64,000 nt of DNA, from positions 1,205 to 65,204 of the forward strand of contig JAHCJH010000001.1 of assembly GCA_026126345.1 (NCBI GenBank), in the 5' to 3' direction. The translations under genes and the position numbers were made by a program. A model generated the notes under the pieces. That model was not told the origin of the DNA. It was given only the letters and a program-made list of their open reading frames with translations, and made no database searches. Below, piece after piece: positions 26,862 through 35,996 of the stretch (position 1 is its first letter; every line of letters begins with the position of its first letter). Source of the DNA: Phycisphaeraceae bacterium (lineage in GTDB: Bacteria; Planctomycetota; Phycisphaerae; Phycisphaerales; UBA1924).

Positions 26862-29800
26862 ATGCACGCACGCCGGCCCGCCATCACCGTTCTTGTGAGC
26901 TTGATGGGGTTGGGCGGGATCGCGTCCGGTAGGTTGGGGGCTCAGCCGGCCGACCGACCGGAATCTGCCCAGCGCGTCGACTTCGGCACCGGCGTGACGG
27001 TGGTTCCGGTTCGTCAGATGCGGGTCGTCACCTTCCGGATGCCCGGGGCAGCCGAATCGGACCTGGCTCTTGCGGCCGAGGTGGACAATCCCGACGCCTT
27101 GCGCATCGTTCGGCCACCCTCGGTGCTCAAGGGACTGGACTTCGGCACGGTTCGCGTGGAAGGGCTGAAGCAGGGAAACGCCACGTTGCGGATCGGCGGG
27201 CAAGCCATCCGGATCGAGATCGTTGACCGCCCATCACCGTGGACCGACATGCAATCGCGGCCGGAGATCATCGCCCCCGTCAACGGGTCGGTGGTCTGGG
27301 GCGGCGTCGGGGTGGGCGTGGAGTGGTTCGACGACCCGCTCAACCCGCTGACCGACGTCCGCGTGCGCATCAATGGAGGCAAGGAGCTTGAACCGATCAG
27401 CGTGAGCGCACCCGAAGAGGGCCCGATCCGTCGCGCCGCGTTCACACTGGCCGCCGGCGACACCAGCAGCGGCCCGGTCGAGCTCGTCGCAACGCTGCGG
27501 GACCGGTCTGGCCGCGAGGTCCGGAGCCGGTCCACCTACGTTCGAGCCGTTGACCCCGGTGAAAGCCTGGCGGTGTACGAGGCCGAGGATTGGGCGACGG
27601 CCGCCAAGCCCGAACGGTTCAGCCGCGGGCGCATCGTCGTTCAGAAAGACCCGGCGGCATCCGGAGGGGCGTTCGTCAACAACGCAGGGTCGGACCCGGC
27701 GGTCGGCGTGGTGCTCGAGGTCAAGGAGCCGACGACGTTCCAGGTGATGGTGGTCGCCTCGGGCGACCTGGGAGGCACGGCGATGCCGACGGTCGGCGTG
27801 GTGCTCGACGGCCGCAACGAGGCGACGACCCACGGCCGGCTTTCGACCACGGGTTGGCACCGGGTCGCCGTGGGCACGCCGGTTCGGCTGGAGCCAGGTT
27901 TCAGGGTCATCAGCACCCGGTTCGAGAACGACTTCTCGGCGCGTGGAACCGATCGCAACCTGCGGATCGACCGCATCGAACTGCTGCGACTCGACGAACC
28001 GGGGCAGGCCGATGCCGGCGGCGCGATGTCCATGCAAGGCGCGATGCGCCCGGCGATGCAGGGCGACGCGATGCAGAGCATGTCCATGCAAGGCATGCAG
28101 TCGATGCAGGGCATGCAGGCCATGTCCGGGGGAGCCATGCGCCCCATGACGATGGCCAGCATGGGCGCTGTCGCCGAGGCCGCGGCGGTGCAGAGCGACG
28201 ACCCCGACGGCCGCGGGCCGGCGGCGATCCGCGTGGCGTTCGCTCGTCCGTACGACGGGCTGCGTGTCGCCGGGCAGTTGACCGTAGACGGCGTGCTTCC
28301 GTGGGGTGATCGCAACCGCGTCGGACCATCGACGGTCGGCCTGCTGCTCAACGGCCGCCCGTTCTCGATCCAGACGACAACCGCCCCCCGCTTCTGGCTG
28401 GCGCCATCTGACCTTCGGGCCGGCGATAACACCATCCAACTGGTCGCACGCTCGGCGTCGGGCGTGACGGCGGTGTCGCCGGTGCAGACGGTCCGCTGGG
28501 AGGGTCCGACTCCGGCCACCGTCGGCGAACGACAGGGTTTCTGTCGATTCTCGCTCTACGACGCCTCGTGGAACGAGGACTTCCGCGACGGGGCACGGGT
28601 GCACAACGAGTCGCGCGAGGCGCGGCGGTCGGGCCTGGCCTCGGGCGAGAGCGCCACGCTGACGCTTCCCGAGGAGCTTTCCGGTCCGTACCGCGTGTGG
28701 CTGGAGCACCGCTGCACGCACGATCGGGGCAACGGCGCCGCCGTGGTCACGCTGGTCACGCCGGGCGATGCACCCCGGGCGGTCGGGACCCGGCGCAGCC
28801 AGGGGTGGTGGGACACCTCCGACGCGGGCGTCGTGGACCTTCCTCCGGGTCCGAAGCAACTGGTCGTGACCTACGCCAACGACGCGATCAAGCCCGAGCC
28901 GAAGAACGCTTCCAAGGGCCTGTGGATCGAAAGCGTGATGCTCCAGGCCGGAACGGCCCGGGACGACGCCGGCCCGCCCCGCGGCGGCGTGCTCTACCCG
29001 CCGGTTGTGGCCGGGGAGCCCCCGACGGTCCACGGTGCCGACGCCATCGTGTTCTGGGCGGACGACGATCAGATTCTCACCAGGGTCGAGACCCTGATCG
29101 ACGGCAAGCCCACAGGCATCGCCTACGACGTTCGCGGTCAGGGCGGCCCCTTCACGTTGCCGGTGCTGCTGCGGGGCTTGGACAAGGGCGTGCACGCCGT
29201 GTCAGCCCGCCTGACAGATTGGACGGGCAAGTCGACGGACCTGCCGGCCCGCGACGTCTCCGTCACCGACACTCCCCCCGCCAACCCGGGGGCGTACGCC
29301 CGGGCCGTCACGCTGCTCAATCGATTCGCGTTCGGCCCAGACCCGCGCGAGCTCGCCGCCATTCTGACGATGGGTGAACGCGCCTGGTTGGCAGACCGCC
29401 TGGCCCGGGACGACGGCGACCCCGGCGATCTCGCGGCGTTCGGCCTGGGCGTGGCGCGCCAGAACAACCCGCGCGGCGAGTACGACGTGATCGCCCGGGC
29501 TCTCACGCACGCGTTGGCCACGCCGAACCCGGTGCGCACCCGGTTCGTGCACTGGACACAGACCCACTTTTCCACCTGGATCCGCAAGCCCGAGCCCGAT
29601 CGCAAGTGGGCCGAGCACGTGGCGTTCTGGCGTGTGGGGGCAGCGCCGTTCCGCGACCTGCTCATGACCAGCGCCACCAGCCCGGCGATGCTCTACTACC
29701 TCGACCAGACCCGTTCGTTCGCCGGTCGGCACAACGAGAACTACGCGCGGGAGATCATGGAATTGCACACCCTGGGCGTCAAGGGTGGCTATACCCAGGA

Positions 29801-30647
29801 AGACGTCACCAACCTCGCCAAACTGATGACCGGGTGGACGGCCATGGTGTTGGGCGATGGATACGGCGCCAGCGAGCGCGAAGTGCGGCGCATGAATTGG
29901 CGCTACGAGCCCAAGCTGAACGACCCCAAGGCCATCGCCGTGTTGGGCGTTCTCTACCCCGAGGCCAAACCGCAGGAGCGTTTCGACCGCGTGCTGGCGG
30001 CGCTCGAGTCGCTGGTGGCCCATCCATCAACGGCGCGCCAGGTCTGCCTGGAGCTGTGCGAGGCGTACGTCGCCAAGCCGGCCCCCGAGGCGCTGGTGGA
30101 CGACCTTGCCGAGGTCTTCACCCGAACCTATGGCGACATGGCTCAGGTCCTGGTGGCGATGTCTCAGCACCCGGCGTTCTGGTCTGCTGTGGCGCAGCCG
30201 CGGCTGGCCCACCCGCTGGAGTGGTCGCTGCGGCTGTTCCGTTCCGGTCCGGATCCAGCCGGCAACGCCGGCGCGATCAACGGCTTTTTGCGACGCGCCA
30301 GGGCCGGACTGTTCGACTGCTCCACGCCCGACGGCTACACGGACACCGACGCGGCGTGGGTCGACAGCAACGCGATGATCCAGCGCTGGAAATTGTGCCG
30401 TGAGGCTCAATGGTCGCTGGCGGCGGCCGCCCCGCCGGGCCTGCGTTACCCCGGCGCCACAACGCCCGACGGCTGGGATCAGAAGATCGTGGACGTGCTG
30501 GCGGTACGCCTGATCGGCCGCACGCTCGGCGACCGAACGAACGAGGCCGCCCTGAAGATCGTCCGAGAAACGACCGGCACCCCCGATGAACGGCTGCGCG
30601 AGGCCGCCGTGCTCATCGCCCAGAGCCCCGAAGGCAACCTCCGCTGA
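26862..30647 (+). CDS. Large secreted multidomain protein with a C-terminal DUF1800 domain
   Basis: GGAGGT RBS and signal peptide MHARRPAITVLVSLMGLGGIASG. The ~800-aa N-terminal region has Ig-like and CBM-like modules (YEAEDW...RFENDF...DRNLRIDRIELL) and a Met-rich stretch. From about aa 810 (LLNRFAFGPDPREL ... YYLDQTRS ... NENYAREIMELHTLGV) it matches DUF1800 as I remember it. Confidence 0.87.
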   Translation: MHARRPAITVLVSLMGLGGIASGRLGAQPADRPESAQRVDFGTGVTVVPVRQMRVVTFRMPGAAESDLALAAEVDNPDALRIVRPPSVLKGLDFGTVRVEGLKQGNATLRIGGQAIRIEIVDRPSPWTDMQSRPEIIAPVNGSVVWGGVGVGVEWFDDPLNPLTDVRVRINGGKELEPISVSAPEEGPIRRAAFTLAAGDTSSGPVELVATLRDRSGREVRSRSTYVRAVDPGESLAVYEAEDWATAAKPERFSRGRIVVQKDPAASGGAFVNNAGSDPAVGVVLEVKEPTTFQVMVVASGDLGGTAMPTVGVVLDGRNEATTHGRLSTTGWHRVAVGTPVRLEPGFRVISTRFENDFSARGTDRNLRIDRIELLRLDEPGQADAGGAMSMQGAMRPAMQGDAMQSMSMQGMQSMQGMQAMSGGAMRPMTMASMGAVAEAAAVQSDDPDGRGPAAIRVAFARPYDGLRVAGQLTVDGVLPWGDRNRVGPSTVGLLLNGRPFSIQTTTAPRFWLAPSDLRAGDNTIQLVARSASGVTAVSPVQTVRWEGPTPATVGERQGFCRFSLYDASWNEDFRDGARVHNESREARRSGLASGESATLTLPEELSGPYRVWLEHRCTHDRGNGAAVVTLVTPGDAPRAVGTRRSQGWWDTSDAGVVDLPPGPKQLVVTYANDAIKPEPKNASKGLWIESVMLQAGTARDDAGPPRGGVLYPPVVAGEPPTVHGADAIVFWADDDQILTRVETLIDGKPTGIAYDVRGQGGPFTLPVLLRGLDKGVHAVSARLTDWTGKSTDLPARDVSVTDTPPANPGAYARAVTLLNRFAFGPDPRELAAILTMGERAWLADRLARDDGDPGDLAAFGLGVARQNNPRGEYDVIARALTHALATPNPVRTRFVHWTQTHFSTWIRKPEPDRKWAEHVAFWRVGAAPFRDLLMTSATSPAMLYYLDQTRSFAGRHNENYAREIMELHTLGVKGGYTQEDVTNLAKLMTGWTAMVLGDGYGASEREVRRMNWRYEPKLNDPKAIAVLGVLYPEAKPQERFDRVLAALESLVAHPSTARQVCLELCEAYVAKPAPEALVDDLAEVFTRTYGDMAQVLVAMSQHPAFWSAVAQPRLAHPLEWSLRLFRSGPDPAGNAGAINGFLRRARAGLFDCSTPDGYTDTDAAWVDSNAMIQRWKLCREAQWSLAAAAPPGLRYPGATTPDGWDQKIVDVLAVRLIGRTLGDRTNEAALKIVRETTGTPDERLREAAVLIAQSPEGNLR

Positions 30648-30727
30648 TTCGCCCGACAGGCCCGAACCCACGGTCCTGAGCCTGATTGCCCTGTCCGTCC
30701 GCAGCGCCACACGACCCGGAGCGATCC

Positions 30728-32032
30728 ATGAACGTCACCCGCCGCTTCTTCCTGCAATCGACCGGCGCCCTGGCCCTGTACCTGGGCGTGAGCCCGCTGA
30801 CGCTTCTTGGCGCCAACGGCCTCCCGCTGGGCACGCGGACGGTCAAGAAGGGCAAGACGCTCGTGGTGATCTTTCTGCGGGGCGGGGCCGACGGGCTGAA
30901 CCTCGTCGTGCCGCACGCCGACGCGGCCTACGCGAAGATGCGGCCTTCGATCGCGGTGCCCGGGCCGGCCGCCAAGGCCGAAGGGCGCGCGATCGATCTC
31001 GACGGCTTCTTCGGCCTGCACCCGCGCCTCGCGCCCCTGGTGCCGCTGTTCGAGTCCGGCATGGCCGTCGCGGCCCATGCCGTCGGCTACGACAAGAACA
31101 CCCGGTCACACTTCGAGGAGCAGGACACGTGGGAAACCGGCATGACCGGCAACACGATCCACTCCGACGGCTGGTTGAACCGCCACCTGGCCACCAGCCA
31201 GGGCCACGGCCAGATTCGCGCCGTGTCGATCGGCGATGCGCTGCCGCGGATCCTGCACGGCAAGGCGCCCGCCTTCGCCATCCGCGGGCTGGACGACCTG
31301 ACCGTCCCCACCGGCAAGGCGCCGACGGAGTCGATCGCCGCGGCGCTGGAGCACGCGTACTGCTGCGGCGCGCCGTCGCAGCGCGCGGGCGTGCAGGCGG
31401 ACGCGACGGACCTGCTCTCACAGTCCGCGGGGACCACGCTGGACGGCATGGAGCAGCTGCGCGAACTGGCCAAGGCCAAGTACGAGCCGGCGGCGCCGTA
31501 CCCCCGCAGCGGCCTGGCCGGTCGGCTGATGCAGGTGGCACGGCTCATCAAGGCCGACGTCGGCCTCGAAGTCGCCGAGCTCGACCTCGGCGGGTGGGAC
31601 ACGCACAACAACCAGGGCAACGGTCAATTCGGCCCGCTGGCGAACCTGGCCGGGGAGCTGGCCGAGGCGGTCGCGGCCTTCACCGCCGACATGGGCGACC
31701 GGATGGAGGACGTGCTGCTGGTCACGATCAGCGACTTCGGCCGCACCGCCCACGAGAACGGCACCAACGGCACCGACCACGGCTGGGCGAACTGCCTGTT
31801 CGCCGTCGGCGGCGCCGTGCAACGCGCGGGCAAGGCCAATCCCGCGCGCGGGCGCGTCGTGGGTCAGTGGCCCGGCCTGGCGCCCGACCAGTTGCACCAG
31901 AAACGCGATCTGTTGCACACGACCGACTTCCGCGACGTGCTGGGCGAGCTGGTCAAGGTGCACCTGGGCAACGACAACATCCAGACCGTGCTGCCGCAGC
32001 ACCAGTTCAAGCCGGTCGGGCTGGTGGCCTGA
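30728..32032 (+). CDS. DUF1501 domain protein (sulfatase/alkaline-phosphatase-like) with a twin-arginine signal
   Basis: Tat motif MNVTRRFFLQSTGALALYLG. DUF1501-like segments follow (VVIFLRGGADGLN, GGWDTHNNQ, SDFGRTAHENGTNGTDHG). It sits directly downstream of the DUF1800 gene, the usual pairing. Confidence 0.9.
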   Translation: MNVTRRFFLQSTGALALYLGVSPLTLLGANGLPLGTRTVKKGKTLVVIFLRGGADGLNLVVPHADAAYAKMRPSIAVPGPAAKAEGRAIDLDGFFGLHPRLAPLVPLFESGMAVAAHAVGYDKNTRSHFEEQDTWETGMTGNTIHSDGWLNRHLATSQGHGQIRAVSIGDALPRILHGKAPAFAIRGLDDLTVPTGKAPTESIAAALEHAYCCGAPSQRAGVQADATDLLSQSAGTTLDGMEQLRELAKAKYEPAAPYPRSGLAGRLMQVARLIKADVGLEVAELDLGGWDTHNNQGNGQFGPLANLAGELAEAVAAFTADMGDRMEDVLLVTISDFGRTAHENGTNGTDHGWANCLFAVGGAVQRAGKANPARGRVVGQWPGLAPDQLHQKRDLLHTTDFRDVLGELVKVHLGNDNIQTVLPQHQFKPVGLVA

Positions 32033-32047
32033 TTTCGAGCCTGCGGG

Positions 32048-33343
32048 CTAGCGCGCGTCGGCGGCGCGGAACGCGATGGCGCCGATCGCGTAGCCGACGA
32101 TGCCCATGCCGATCAGCACCGCGAACGGGGTTGCGAGCTCGAACACCGTCATGCCCCGCCACAGCGACCCTTCCACCACCACCGTCGCCCATTTGAACGG
32201 GCTGACGCTGCTGGCGGTCTTGAGCCAGTCGGGCATGAAGAACACCGGGATGGTCCCGCCGCCGATCATGGCCAGAACCAGGATCAGCGCGCGACCCATG
32301 CCCGCGGCTGCGCCCTCGCTGCGGCTCATGCCCGCCAGCAGCATCATCACGCCGACGAAGCCGAAGGAACTGATGGCCACCGCGAAGACCATCGCGACGG
32401 GCGAGGCGATCCGAACGTTGAACAGCGCGACCGCCACGGCCAGGAGCATGACCTGCACGATCACGCACGCGACGAAGCAAGCCAGCGCCTTGCCCAGCAG
32501 GATCGTCGAACGGGAGAGCGGCGAGGTCGTGAGCCTCATCAGCGTGCCGTGCGTCCGTTCGAAGGCCAGGGACAGGCCGAAGGCCGTGACGCACCCCATC
32601 AGGCCCCAGACGATCCCCTGGGGGAAGCTGATGGCGTAGGAGTTGTTGGGGCGGTTCGGATCGGCCTCGAGTTTCGAAACCTGCACGTCGACCGGGCGCC
32701 AGGCGAATCCGCTTCCCTCGGCCTTGGCCGGCTCGCCGGCTCCGCCGGCACGCTGCGACGCCACGAGCCGGTCCAGGGCGGTGAAGAACGTCCCGAAGAG
32801 CAGCTTCTGCGGTGCCGATACGTCGGGCGAGTTGTTGATGCTCGCGCGGGCGCGATCGAGCTGCGCCGTCATCTTCGCCGGATCGTTGAAGAGCCGGCCC
32901 ATCTGCATGAACGCGATTTCGTTCAGCTTGCCGGTCAGCAGGCCGGCCTCGGCGCTGCGCCCGGGATCGACCACCGCTTCGATGCGCATCGGCGTGCCCG
33001 AGAACATGTTCCCGGCGCTCTCGTCGAAACCCTTGGGCACAACCACCAGCGCCTGGACCGCGCCCCGCCGCACTTGCCGCTCGCCGTCGGCCCGCGTCGT
33101 GGTGGTGGTGACGTTCAGTCCGTCGGCCGCGGCCAGGTCGGCCAGGAATGCCCTCGCGGCGGGACCGCCGTCGAGATCGACCGCCACCACGTCCATGCGT
33201 CCGCTGCCGCCCCCGCCGCCGCCGAAGACGGCCCCGAAGAACATGGCCAGCAGCAGCGGGAACACGAACGTAAAGAAAGCGTTGGCCCGATCCCTCAGGA
33301 GCAGGCGCAGGTCCTTCATGGCCAGGGCGAAGATCGCGTCCAT
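32048..33343 (-). CDS. ABC-2 type transporter permease
   Basis: MDAIFALAMKDLRLLLRDRANAFFTFVFPLL N-terminus, a large extracytoplasmic loop and a C-terminal cluster of TM helices. The start ATG overlaps the ATPase stop (TGATG). Confidence 0.85.
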   Translation of the reverse strand: MDAIFALAMKDLRLLLRDRANAFFTFVFPLLLAMFFGAVFGGGGGGSGRMDVVAVDLDGGPAARAFLADLAAADGLNVTTTTTRADGERQVRRGAVQALVVVPKGFDESAGNMFSGTPMRIEAVVDPGRSAEAGLLTGKLNEIAFMQMGRLFNDPAKMTAQLDRARASINNSPDVSAPQKLLFGTFFTALDRLVASQRAGGAGEPAKAEGSGFAWRPVDVQVSKLEADPNRPNNSYAISFPQGIVWGLMGCVTAFGLSLAFERTHGTLMRLTTSPLSRSTILLGKALACFVACVIVQVMLLAVAVALFNVRIASPVAMVFAVAISSFGFVGVMMLLAGMSRSEGAAAGMGRALILVLAMIGGGTIPVFFMPDWLKTASSVSPFKWATVVVEGSLWRGMTVFELATPFAVLIGMGIVGYAIGAIAFRAADAR

Positions 33344-34200
33344 CAGTCCCGAAGGCTCCTTCCGGTCAGCGTCAGGAACACGCTCTCGAGGCTCGGCCGC
33401 TCGATGCGCACGCCGGAGATCGCGGGGCCCGGCGCATGGCCCGACAGGGCGCCGCTGATCGCGCGCAGCGGGTCGTCGGTCTGCACGTGCTCGATCTGTT
33501 CGCCGCGCTCGAAGGTCACCACGCTGCGTCCGCCGTGACGCTCGACCAGTTCGTGCACGGTGCCAAGGGCCATCAGGCGGCCCTGGTCCATGACGGCCAC
33601 GCGGTCGCACAGCCGCTGGGCTTCTTCCATGTAGTGGGTGGTGTAGACCACGGTGCGTCCCTGCGCCCCGAGCGACCGCACCAGCTCCAGAATGTTGTTT
33701 CGGCTCTGCGGATCCACGCCCGCCGTCGGCTCGTCGAGCAGCAGCATCGGCGGATCGTGGAGCATCGCCACGGCCAGGTTCATGCGCCGCTTCATCCCGC
33801 CGGAGAACGCGCCCACGCGGTCGCGTCGGCGGGGCAGCAACCCGACAGCATCCAGTACGGCGTGCACCCGCTCGACCAGTCTCTTGCCGCGCAGGTCGTA
33901 CAACCGTCCGAAGAACTCGAGATTCTCCTCCGCCGTCAACTGGTCGTAGAGCGCCAGCGACTGCGGGGCCACGCCGATCAGGCGGCGGACGTTTCCGTCG
34001 GTCGGCGGTCCGTGTCCCTCCAGCTCGACCGAGCCTGCGTCGGGTCGCACCAGTCCGATCGCCATGGAGATCGTCGTGGTCTTGCCCGCGCCGTTGGGTC
34101 CGAGCAATCCGAAGACCTCGCCAGCCTCGACGCGCAGACTCAGCCCGTCGACCGCGACGGTCTTGCCGTAAGCCTTGCGAACGTCGCGGAGGATGAGCAT
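33343..34200 (-). CDS. ABC transporter ATP-binding protein (ABC-2 subfamily)
   Basis: Walker A GPNGAGKTT, Q-loop, signature FSGGMKRRMNLA and Walker B LLLDEPTAGVD. ATG at 34200. Confidence 0.92.
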   Translation of the reverse strand: MLILRDVRKAYGKTVAVDGLSLRVEAGEVFGLLGPNGAGKTTTISMAIGLVRPDAGSVELEGHGPPTDGNVRRLIGVAPQSLALYDQLTAEENLEFFGRLYDLRGKRLVERVHAVLDAVGLLPRRRDRVGAFSGGMKRRMNLAVAMLHDPPMLLLDEPTAGVDPQSRNNILELVRSLGAQGRTVVYTTHYMEEAQRLCDRVAVMDQGRLMALGTVHELVERHGGRSVVTFERGEQIEHVQTDDPLRAISGALSGHAPGPAISGVRIERPSLESVFLTLTGRSLRD

Positions 34201-34261
34201 CGGTGAGAAGATAGTGGGATTCGGGCGAGCCCGCTTTCGCCGACAGATCGGCGGGCGAAAC

Positions 34262-35974
34262 TCAGGCCGGCAGGCTTGCCAGGGCCCGCTCGACCTGCAA
34301 CCAGGATTGCTCGATTCGTGCGGGCGACAGGTCCAGGACGATGCCCGAGGCCGCGAACAGGTCCGGCAGCGGTCGGGAGCCGCCGAGGGACAGGCCCCGT
34401 TTGTACGCCGCCAGGGCCGCACCCCGATCGCGCTGGAAGTTGGCCCAGACCTGAAGCGCACCCAGTTGCGCAATGCCGTACTCGATGTAGTAGAACGGCG
34501 AGGTGAACAGGTGCAACTGCCGGTGCCAGAGCGAGGACTTGACGTCCTCCAGGCCTGACCAGTCCACCGCTCCGCCGAATCGATCGAGCACGGCCAGCCA
34601 CGCGCCGGTGCGTTCTTCGGGCGTGTGGCCGCGGCGGGTGTAGATCCACTGCTGGAACTGGTCGATCGTTGCAATCCACGGCAGCATGGCCGCGAGCTGT
34701 TCGAGGTGCACGCGCCGGGCCCGATCGGCGTCGGCAGGGGTGTAGAACTCGTCGAGATAGGGGTACGACGTCAACTCCATGCTCATGCTCGCCACTTCGG
34801 CGAACTCCAGCGGCAACTCCGACCGGTACGCCAGAAGCGGGTCCCCCCGGCTCAGCAGCGAATGGAACGCGTGCCCGGCCTCGTGGACCATGGTTTCGAC
34901 GTCGCGCTGCACCCCCGCGGCGTTCATGAAGATGAACGGCATGCGCTGGCGGTCGCGGTTGGACTGGTAGCCGCCGGGCGCCTTGCCCTTGCGCGAGTCC
35001 AGGTCAAGGCACCCGCCGCCGCGGAGCGAGTCGAACAGTGCACCCAATTGCGGGTCCATGCGATGGAACAGCCGGGAAGTGCGCTGGACCAGGTCGTCGG
35101 CGGAGTCGAAGGGCCGAAGCGGCGGCCGGCCGAGCGGGTCAACGGCCAGGTCCCAGGGGCGCAGCCGTTCGACGCCGAGCGCCGCAGCCCGCTCACGGTG
35201 GAGCCGCCGGAGCACCGGCACGATGTGCCGCTCGACCCCCTGCGCAAAGGCGTCGCAATCGGCGGACGTGTAGTCGAACCGACGCTTGGCGCGGTGGGCA
35301 TAATCGCGGTAATTGGCAAAGCCGGCGTTGCCCGCGACGCGCTGGCGCAGCTCTACCATTCTGCGGAAGATCGACTCGATGGCGTCCCGGTCGCGCAGGC
35401 GTCGCTCGGCGACGGTGCGCCACGCCGCTTCGCGAACCGCGCGATCGGTCTCTTCCTGAAATCGCGCCATCTGCGGCAGCGTGCATTCCCGCCCCTGGAA
35501 CTGCACCGTCATCGCGCCGCAGATCTGGGCGTACTCCTGGTCCAGCTTGGCCAGCTCGGTCTCGATCGGGATGTTCTCCGGCCTGAACAGCTCGATGCCC
35601 AGCCGCAGATTCCGCAGGTACACGCGGTACCTCTGCGCGTCCAGCTCGCCGACGAACTGGCAGCCGACGATCTTGCGGTCCAGCGCATCGCCGACTTCTT
35701 TGAGACGCGGCTCGACCCGCTCCAGGAACTCCACGTACGCCCTGTTGGCGGCCGGGTCGTCGGTGTGGCAGGTCATGTTGATGTGAAGCGTGGCCGACGC
35801 CTCGCTGACGGCGGCATCCAATTCGCCCCTGTCCAGGATCAGGGTCTCGAGGCACCCGGCGCACTTCAGGGGCCGCTCCAGCAGCGCGCGGTACAGCGGC
35901 TCGAGCGCATCCCAGCGGGTCGCGTCGAGCCCCTGCGGAACGAAGTCGGAGGCGGGCTTGAATGGTGGCAGCAT
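34262..35974 (-). CDS. pepF: M3B family oligoendopeptidase F
   Basis: Zinc motif HEAGHAFH. The length and flanking sequence are typical of PepF-type M3 peptidases. Confidence 0.9.
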   Translation of the reverse strand: MLPPFKPASDFVPQGLDATRWDALEPLYRALLERPLKCAGCLETLILDRGELDAAVSEASATLHINMTCHTDDPAANRAYVEFLERVEPRLKEVGDALDRKIVGCQFVGELDAQRYRVYLRNLRLGIELFRPENIPIETELAKLDQEYAQICGAMTVQFQGRECTLPQMARFQEETDRAVREAAWRTVAERRLRDRDAIESIFRRMVELRQRVAGNAGFANYRDYAHRAKRRFDYTSADCDAFAQGVERHIVPVLRRLHRERAAALGVERLRPWDLAVDPLGRPPLRPFDSADDLVQRTSRLFHRMDPQLGALFDSLRGGGCLDLDSRKGKAPGGYQSNRDRQRMPFIFMNAAGVQRDVETMVHEAGHAFHSLLSRGDPLLAYRSELPLEFAEVASMSMELTSYPYLDEFYTPADADRARRVHLEQLAAMLPWIATIDQFQQWIYTRRGHTPEERTGAWLAVLDRFGGAVDWSGLEDVKSSLWHRQLHLFTSPFYYIEYGIAQLGALQVWANFQRDRGAALAAYKRGLSLGGSRPLPDLFAASGIVLDLSPARIEQSWLQVERALASLPA

Positions 35975-35996
35975 CGGCGTCGCCTCCTGCGCGGGA

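Noticed and set aside
28025-28163. atgcag/atgtcc-rich stretch as a DNA-level microsatellite or CRISPR-like repeat
   Set aside because: The repeats are short, imperfect and in frame within a long ORF. They are best explained as codon-level repetition encoding a Met/Gln-rich peptide, which is reported as a protein feature instead.
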